From contig NW_014040471.1 of the NCBI RefSeq assembly GCF_001186125.1, positions 86,554-123,315 of the forward strand: 36,762 bases of DNA, read 5' to 3'. Each line of letters starts with the position of its first letter. The stretch's first letter is position 1. The notes under the pieces are model-generated. The model searched no databases and was not told the DNA's origin. It was given only the letters and a program-made list of their open reading frames with translations. Origin of the DNA: Sphaeroforma arctica JP610. Lineage: Eukaryota. This document shows, piece after piece, positions 1-36,762 of this stretch. The translations under genes were made by a program, and so were the position numbers.

Positions 1-110
1 GACAGCCTTCGTAAATATACATAGCCATCTGATATAGACATAGCCTTCTAAATAGACAGCCTTCGTAAATATACATAGCCATCTGATATAGACATAGCCT
101 TCTAAATTAG
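1..110. repeat. Tandem duplication, ~54-nt unit x2
   Basis: gacagccttcgtaaatatacatagccatctgatatagacatagccttctaaat repeated. Confidence 0.8.
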
Positions 111-607
111 ACAAGGCTATGCAATAGACTGAAAAGTTCTGTCTCAAAATAAAAGCCCAAAACAGACCTGCGTTGCCACCGATTTTACTAAAATCTAATA
201 CTCTAAAACAAAAACAAACAGACGTGGCCACAGTCTGCGCCACTGTTGCTGGTACGCCCGTAGTCACTGTGTCAAATGAAACTATAGCCCTAAAATCCTA
301 AAACTCTAAACAACAATATCAGTCAGAGCCCACAGCCATGGCTTGACATCGCACCTCCGCATGCGGTTGGGCACTAGTGCGTCTGGGGCGGACAACTGCT
401 GTTCTATTTTTAGATGCGCTTCTATTTTTAGACACGCACGCAATGCCGAGCATAGTAGTAGGTAGATCTCCATTAACAACTCTGGTCAATAGCACAAGAT
501 ACTACAAACAAACCCTAAAATATCGAACCTTGAACCCTAAATTGTGGGCCGTACAGGACACGCCTGTCCCGTGTCCTGTCCTGTTTTTGTAGGGCAGGTG
601 CACACAC

Positions 608-6066
<5,459 letters not shown>

Positions 6067-6325
6067 CGTACCCAGTATTCGCTAAGCTCTCAAACAGGAC
6101 TCTATATATCTATTTATATATATCTGTANNNNNNNNNNNNNNNNNNNNNNNNNNNNNNNNNNNNNNNNNNNNNNNNNNNNNNNNNNNNNNNNNNNNNNNN
6201 NNNNNNNNNNNNNNNNNNNNNNNNNNNNNNNNNNNNNNNNNNNNNNNNNNNNNNNNNNNNNNNNNNNNNNNNNNNNNNNNNNNNNNNNNNNNNNNNNNNN
6301 NNNNNNNNNNNNNNNNNNNNNNNNN

Positions 6326-6482
<157 letters not shown>

Positions 6483-6914
6483 TATTTTACATAAATATGC
6501 GTTCATCATAGCCTCCCCTGAGGAAGACATACGCATGGATTTTATTTATAAGAAACTCCTTTGATTTATATATAAAAAAGAAAATATGAAGCACAAGACC
6601 GCGATTTGTATGATTCAGAAGGCTATGTGATTATTTAGGGTTTGTGATTTTGGGTTCGGCCATAGCCATAGCCTCTGTACATATTTTTTATAGGCGGCCC
6701 TGGGCCCATAGCCTCCTAAAAAAAAAAGAACAAAAGTGTGGCTGCCCTGGCAACCATCAACAAAACCCAATAAAATGATCGCCAAACGGCTTCCCCCCCC
6801 CCCCCCCTCCCCAAAGAAAGAACATAATTATCTGTTTACCTAAATAGCGCCTTTCAATTATTCAAAGACTATATTATCGGCTGCATAGTAACTAACTAGA
6901 AGTGGTTGTGTACA

Positions 6915-7847
6915 ATGATGGTCAAGCGGAAAAATTCAGTTTCATACGTATTGTACTATGTTTTTGGGGGACTATTGGTGTTTATTTTCGTTTGCTTGTG
7001 TCTGGGTGGGGACAGCAGCGCGTATTTCAACGCCTCTTCTCCCGACAACGAGCTTACGGAGCATACACACCCCCCAATGAAAAGTTTTTAGGGTGTGAAG
7101 AAGAATACAGCCCTCGACTCGGAAAACGTGCCTAACGAACTCGAAGGATGTTACCACGTATACTTAGATTGTGGCTCGAATCGTGGTGTGCAAGTTCAGA
7201 AGTTATATGAGCCAGAACTTTATCCTGACGTGCCAGTTAATACTTTCTTCAAGAAGATCTTCGGCAAAGTCGCCAAGCGTCGCGAGGTATGCAGTGTAGG
7301 GTTTGAACCAAACGCAAAGCACACAGAATACCTGAAGCGTATTGAAAGCTCATACAACAAGTGTGGGTATCGCACATTTTTCAAAGTCCCTACAGGGCTA
7401 GCTGACTACGATGGCGAGGGCAGTTACTTCTCGGACAATTCGAAGGAGTTCTATGAGTGGGGTGGCGGAGTGATTGAGAAAAGGGTTACGTCAAAAGCCA
7501 ACACAGGCAAAGTGGAAATCATACGCCTGGTGAAATATATTAAGGACATCGTTAACACCCGGGACACCGGAGCTTCTGAACAAGACCTTTTGTCATACAA
7601 TCCTCCCAGAGTCATGATGAAGATAGACATCGAAGGAAGCGAGAAAGACGTGCTGATTGATATGGCCCTTTCCGGTACATTAGAAATCATTGACTTTGCT
7701 TTTATCGAGTACCACGATGATCATCTTACAGATCCGGCGGATCGCCAGAAAACTGAAGACGCTCGTATGGTCGCGAATACCTTGAGTAAATACTCGAAAT
7801 ACGATGAAACCTACGGCTTATCTGACGAACCATTGCCCAAATGTTAG
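6915..7847 (+). CDS. FkbM-family (Methyltransf_21-like) SAM methyltransferase with N-terminal TM anchor; in-frame TAG at 7089-7091 (possible pseudogene)
   Basis: YLDCGSNRG (motif I), GFEPN, MKIDIEGSE and IEYH. The upstream ORF 6915-7091 (TM segment YVFGGLLVFIFVCLCL) is in the same frame as ORF 7095..7847. Confidence 0.82.
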
Positions 7848-8351
7848 TAATGAAGCTTGCAGCGGACAACCGAGGTTTGGGTATCGGATTTATTTAGGAT
7901 CCGCAGAAGATGGTACTGATAGGTGAATGTCATACCATCGGCAATGTTTGAGTGTCTGCCTTTCCAGGGTAAGTTTGGTCCGTTCCGCTGACAGTTGACT
8001 ATTGAACAAATCTCCGCATACTGTTCGACTAAACAAGTAGCCGAAAAGTACTCTTGTTTAGCCCAATCAATGCAATGAGCGTTGTATATTAAATCGAGAT
8101 ACAATTAGTGTGTAATATTAAAGAGCAAACAGTGTCCTAGGGTGGATTCTCTGTTATTTACAGGTACTGGGATTCGAAGGATGCTGTACAGAAGGTTGGT
8201 CATATCTGAGTGTTCGTACCGATACTTTGAAACCGATGGCTTTATGGAGTATCGGAACCAAATTGGTTCGTGCCTACTAGGCATTTGCTAAACAGGACGT
8301 ATCCAAGACGAGAGAACGACTGTGTATTGTATGTTATTTGCAAGGGCAGCT

Positions 8352-8585
8352 ATTAGAGAGGAAAGCTGTTGATGGTTACACGTTGAACTCTTAGGAGTAT
8401 CTGGTGAACTACTTTGCAGCATACAGTGGGCAGAATCGACACTACGTCCTTTTTCTCGAGGTTAAGAGATTAGAGAGGAAAGCTGTTGATGGTTACACGT
8501 TGAACACTAAGGAGTATCTGGTGAACTACTTTGCAGCATACAGTGGGCAGAATCGACACTACGTCTTTTTTCTCGAGGTTAGGAG
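8352..8585. repeat. Direct tandem duplication, 117-nt period
   Basis: attagagaggaaagctgttgatggttacacgttgaac...ctcgaggtt at 8352 and 8469. Confidence 0.88.
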
Positions 8586-9404
8586 AATTTGTGTGAACTG
8601 AGTACAAACTAAAATGAGCAACCACAAACAGAGAGATACTAATCCATCACAATAACGAGGCATCAAACGTCATACAAGTAAATAAATAAATCAGACAAGA
8701 ACAACAACACGAGGTTCAAATAGTAGCAGTTCTCGCATGCTATGCGCAATCTGAATGTAGCTGTAGTTACGTGAAGGACGAAAGCAATAACATTGGAGAC
8801 AGCTTTTGCAGATGATATCAGCATATATTCAATCATATAAGCCGCAAAATGATACTCATTACTATTTTTTAGGTTCAAAAGATAAAATAGGATCGGAGAG
8901 AGCATGACCTTGTTCTTGAACGTTCTTGCATGCGTAGCTACTACAATGCCCTGCAGTCTTTCAGGAGGTACGTTATTTATAAAAGTGGATCCGAGAGAGA
9001 AAGTCGTACTTGGACCAAACAAAGAAAACGTGGCAGTACTCTAGAAGTCAGTATTGAGGAATNNNNNNNNNNNNNNNNNNNNAAGATCTTTACTCACACA
9101 CTCCTATATATATGTATATAAATATGTATACAAGTATTTGATAAGCAAACATAGAAACATTAATTCATGTATATGTTGGTGTGGGTATGTTTATATCTAG
9201 ATGCATATGCATATATGAACATTAGTGTCATGACAGTATTTATAGTAATTCTATAGAAGTAGCTATATATATATATATATATACATATATCACCATACAT
9301 ACATACACATATACATACACACAAATACGAATCATATGCACATCAACTAACTCTGCTTCCATTTAGACAAATATACTCAATAGTATTTAACTGTACGTTG
9401 TATT

Positions 9405-10922
9405 TTACTCTGCCATAGGTGGGATATAACTTCTTATAGGCGACTTGGGCATGGGCATTAACGGCGGCAAGTAGCTGGGGACAGATGATGCTTGTCTATT
9501 CTGTGTGGTTTGGTACACTTTCCCTTGTCTATTCTGTGTGGTTTGGTCTACTATACCCTCTTCATTCCTGCACTCGATTGAAAAGGGGGGCAAGTAACTG
9601 GGCACGTCCGCTGGGCCTTTGCGTGATTTGTTGGCTGTGATGGTATGGGTCTCCAGTGCAACACTCTTGTTCATAGGCGGCTGTGTGTGACTGTACCTGT
9701 GCGTGGCGTCGCGGTGTAGGTACGGTGGGTTGTCACTGCACAGTACAGACGCATTGGCCGGGCCAGTACTCGCCTGAGACTGGGTGGGTGCGGCCAGCAA
9801 ACTAGCGCTGCTATGTCGGCTCTTCAGAGCACTTCCTGTCTCACTACTGTTAGCGTCTGATGCAAAACCTTGCAGCGGCGATGGGTGGGTATGGGTGTGC
9901 TCGTGTGTTTCATTTAGCTCAGACGTGATGAACTTAGGCAAGTGCGCGTCTGCTAAGGTGACTACACCCGCTCTGTAGTTGTGCCCGGCGTTATTGTCCC
10001 ATACAGTTGTGCCCTGTCCCTTATTGCGGTAAGTGTACCCCACAATAAACTCAACCACGCGACCCGTCTCCCGCAGACAGTCGTGGCCAATCGGCACAGT
10101 AAACGCAAACATGTCCACATCCACACTAAAGGTTGTCGATTCTGGAGGCGAGCTTCTACTCCACACATACCTCGCATTTGTTTCCGTAAACGTCTGCCAA
10201 TTATCACACGTGTGCTTCACAAACACACGTTTCTCAAACGCTATATTGTGCACCGCAATGGTCCCGGTAAGTTCTCTGGCTCTGGGGTCATAGCGCACCA
10301 CACATATAGTGACAGGGGCATTACTATCATCCCGTGGCCTAGTTAATATCTTGAGCGTGTGGTCACTGCTACTTAGACACCCCAGCTCGTCGTTGTCCAT
10401 GTTTGCGAACGGCTTTGGCTCTGACCTGGCCCGTACCAGATGTAGCACCGGTGATGAGTTGCTGTCCGCCTGTAGGTGGTTCTGTCTGGTATACGCGTCA
10501 TGGCAAGTGCCTCGCCGATTCACCGTGCTATCACCAGTACTATCAGACACGCAACTGTCCAGTCTGGTGCTCTGGGTGCGCTCATTTTTGTTTGTTAGTC
10601 GAAGGTTACTGATCTTAGGTGCCAAAACCTCGTCCACAATTGGTCCCAACATGTGCGTGCCCAGCGCAGACCCATCCGAGCCCTCATCTGCCGGCAAGTC
10701 ATCGACAGTGAAACCCATGTCATTCTCTCCCTTGTAATTGTAGCTCATAAACGCCTTCCTATTGCACTGGTTAGGCGGCTCGTGAATGTCGTACTCCTTG
10801 AAACTCGACAGAGACAGCCCCGGAATGCGATCAGCAAAGGAAACATGTCCCTTCAACTTGGCATAGGGCACAGGCACAGTCGAGGGAATGGACGAGAGGT
10901 CAGTGAATGAATCGTTGCTCAT
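9405..10922 (-). CDS. Protein phosphatase 1 glycogen-targeting regulatory subunit (PPP1R3/Gac1-like, CBM21), 505 aa, intronless
   Basis: RVxF-like KGHVSFAD..GLSL; CBM21 motifs GTIAVHNIAFEKRVFV, DNWQTF, VEFIVGY and WDNNAGHNY. Confidence 0.92.
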   Translation of the reverse strand: MSNDSFTDLSSIPSTVPVPYAKLKGHVSFADRIPGLSLSSFKEYDIHEPPNQCNRKAFMSYNYKGENDMGFTVDDLPADEGSDGSALGTHMLGPIVDEVLAPKISNLRLTNKNERTQSTRLDSCVSDSTGDSTVNRRGTCHDAYTRQNHLQADSNSSPVLHLVRARSEPKPFANMDNDELGCLSSSDHTLKILTRPRDDSNAPVTICVVRYDPRARELTGTIAVHNIAFEKRVFVKHTCDNWQTFTETNARYVWSRSSPPESTTFSVDVDMFAFTVPIGHDCLRETGRVVEFIVGYTYRNKGQGTTVWDNNAGHNYRAGVVTLADAHLPKFITSELNETHEHTHTHPSPLQGFASDANSSETGSALKSRHSSASLLAAPTQSQASTGPANASVLCSDNPPYLHRDATHRYSHTQPPMNKSVALETHTITANKSRKGPADVPSYLPPFSIECRNEEGIVDQTTQNRQGKVYQTTQNRQASSVPSYLPPLMPMPKSPIRSYIPPMAE

Positions 10923-13276
10923 CGTGTTATGACTTTGTAAAAGTTTTACGGCTTGGTAGACGTGTCGCTGTGCTAGCTAGCAACGGTAACTAGGGGACAA
11001 GGTTCGTTGTGTTCGGGGTCTCTACCGTAACTGGTAGACGTGATTTGCAGTAGAGTTGAGGTGAGTCTCTCACACCGTACTATACAATACCTCTTGACTG
11101 TGATATATCGCGTAGAACGTGTACGTTAGCAAGTATACCTCTCACTTACAGTGGTAAATAAGTAGCTATATTGCTAATATCAGCTTGTAGCAAAGTATTC
11201 GATATATTCTGCACAACGCACTGTTTACTCACAAGTCTCTTATATATGTGACAGTTGCCAGCCGAGGTTAAAATTTATTTTCTGGTGCCCATTACTGTTG
11301 GCTTTGGATCAATCAAATGGCTCCAGATGTCTCAGAATATGTTAGAAATCAGATTACCCCATTCCTACTGGTGGAAAAGCCACTGACCTTTCGAATTCGC
11401 ACGAAAAGCTCTGTGATCTTCCAGTTGAAAAACCTGAAACCACTTAAACCACAACGACTCAACGATATATTTTGTCTTGTTTTTGTTTTCAGGTCTCTTG
11501 GTTTTTATCAATATATTTTATCTGTCTATAGTATGCAAATATGTATTATCACTACTTTTAAAAATAATTGTTTTTAGAACAAAGAGTCAAAAATAAAATT
11601 AATAGAACATTCGATAGAAACGACATGCCTTGTGAGGAAATAGTTGCATGGCCCCGTGGGCCCATGGCTCTGTAGCCAAATCCCTATGGTCAACTGATAG
11701 TCATGATGACGTGTTTTATATATATGTAAATACTTCTTTTTTATAAAATACTGTTTCTGAAAATACTGTATAATAATTCCAGAAGGCTATGTTTGAAAAT
11801 ACACAGAAAGTATTACACATAAGGACTGTAGTGAAAAACATTACGTTTGTGAATTTTGTTTCTTTGTTATAAAAAAACAAAAAAACAAAAAAAAACTCCG
11901 GAATATGTAATAAATAATATATTGTATTTCTGTCCGTTTTTCAAAATTCAGCCGAAGTCAAACAAACAGCACAGCCAAGAGACCTAAGAATATTTGGCGC
12001 CAAAAAGCCAAACTTTCCAATTCAGGTAGCATTGGTCAGCAATAAAAAACCCAGTACAATCACAGCTAATACCGCCAACACTGTGATCAAAGACTGGTGG
12101 TGTCCTGAGCTCTATCGTGTCCACGCAAAGGGTACCGATACTACACATTCGACCGCTATACATTTGCATACTATATATATATAATATATAATATAACACA
12201 CACACACACATATATATATGTATACATATAGGTACAAATAGAAAAAGAAATAGAAACATATAGATATATATATATATAGATATATATATATATATATAAT
12301 TGAGACTATTTTGAATTTACTACGTTTGTATTCAGTTGGTGTCCTACAATCACTGTATGTAGCGCCGGTGGCGGGTTTCGACATATCGGATTCAAGTGTG
12401 CTGTGTGTCTTCCGGAGGTCCTATTGGCCAGGTGTACAGTAAAGCGGTGAGGCAGAGTATGCGATCAAATGCTCTGAACTACCGTAGTCCAATGTCTCTC
12501 ATCTCGCCTTCCCATGTATAACCCATGCATTTGCAAGACCATGACATATACGGCAATTGGCAAGTAAGCAGATACACACAACACAACATGCCGCGGATAT
12601 AGCTGAGCCGGGCGAGTGATAGTTGTGAGCTGAGATTCTCACACGCTTAACGTTCGCCATGAGAACGACATGACACGACAACTCGTCTGACGGTCATACT
12701 CCCAAGACACATCAGACGGTGCTGAAGTAAACGTGCCTATTACGTTTAAACAGCCGTGAAAGTACCAGAAGGGTGTCCACAGCACACTAACCTGTGTCAA
12801 CAACACCCCAATAGCTCGCGAACGAGGGATTCACAATGTGATAGTCTGCGTGTGGTTCGGTGGTTGTATGTGATGTACGGTTTTGCTGTGTGTGTGCGTT
12901 AAGAGATACTGCCCGAGGCTATAGCACACGTTGTCTGTTCTGCAATGCACACACAGCCCATGGCGTGCGACTACATACTTGCCCTAAACACTTCTTCCCG
13001 TCAATCGTAATGCGCTTATGTATATCGAATCATCTGCTAGCTGCGATGCCCAGTTAAGCGTAGCAGACACCGTCCACATGCCGCGACCTTGTGACTACCC
13101 CCGCGTGCCTACCCACGACCACACATACATTGTGTGCACCGAACAACCGCAGCCTACTTTGGACGAGCATAATGTACAATTGAAGAGGTGAACAGCTTCT
13201 CTCTGATACATCCCAACGTACTACGAGAGGCAACACTCTTCGCGTATAACCCCCCCCCACCCCCAACCCGTCTCGC

Positions 13277-36563
<23,287 letters not shown>

Positions 36564-36762
36564 CTGCAGTGTATATGACACGAGTGCTATGGGGATGAGT
36601 GCTGGTAGAAGCACTCTGCAGCACACCATGCGCCAGCAGAGGATTACATGTATACTTACGTTTACGCTAAATGATAAGAAAGAACAATGAGGTCCCTCAT
36701 ACTACATAGCTTGTGTAACTGCATTATTTTTATTAATATATACATATATATATATATATATA

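Noticed and set aside
7844..9062. Possible gene or transposon remnant between the FkbM and CBM21 genes
   Set aside because: Only short ORFs with no recognisable domain and no terminal repeats; only the 117-nt duplication can be supported.
9784..10910. Plus-strand ORFs overlapping the CBM21 gene
   Set aside because: Antisense shadows of a GC-richer CDS with no recognisable motifs.

Overview
Eukaryotic, intron-rich draft genomic DNA with three N gaps and many microsatellites and minisatellites. The gene content and repeat style suggest an opisthokont, possibly a unicellular holozoan or ichthyosporean; this is only an impression. Four genes can be read. (1) A multi-exon minus-strand LicD/fukutin-like nucleotidyltransferase-fold gene with an N-terminal membrane anchor (~608-6066; the 3' end is unresolved). 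(2) A divergent, apparently intronless FkbM-type (Methyltransf_21) SAM methyltransferase, 6915-7847, with an in-frame TAG between its membrane anchor and catalytic domain. (3) An intronless PP1 glycogen-targeting subunit with an RVxF-like motif and CBM21, 9405-10922 minus. (4) Most of a CHD1 chromatin remodeler on the minus strand: 27 exons reconstructed by hand from 36563 to the stop at 13277, all GT-AG and phase-consistent apart from one homopolymer frameshift; the 5' end is not reconstructed and probably lies beyond the window. The main pattern is that about ten intronic tandem arrays start or end at a splice site, and several re-copy the exon-intron junction itself (6-37 nt of exon plus GT or AG), producing stacks of decoy donors or acceptors. 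Other points: a ~580-aa RS-rich CHD1 tail, a Trp-to-Arg change in the CHD1 chromodomain-1 aromatic cage, and scattered TTTAGGG-like seeds in introns.
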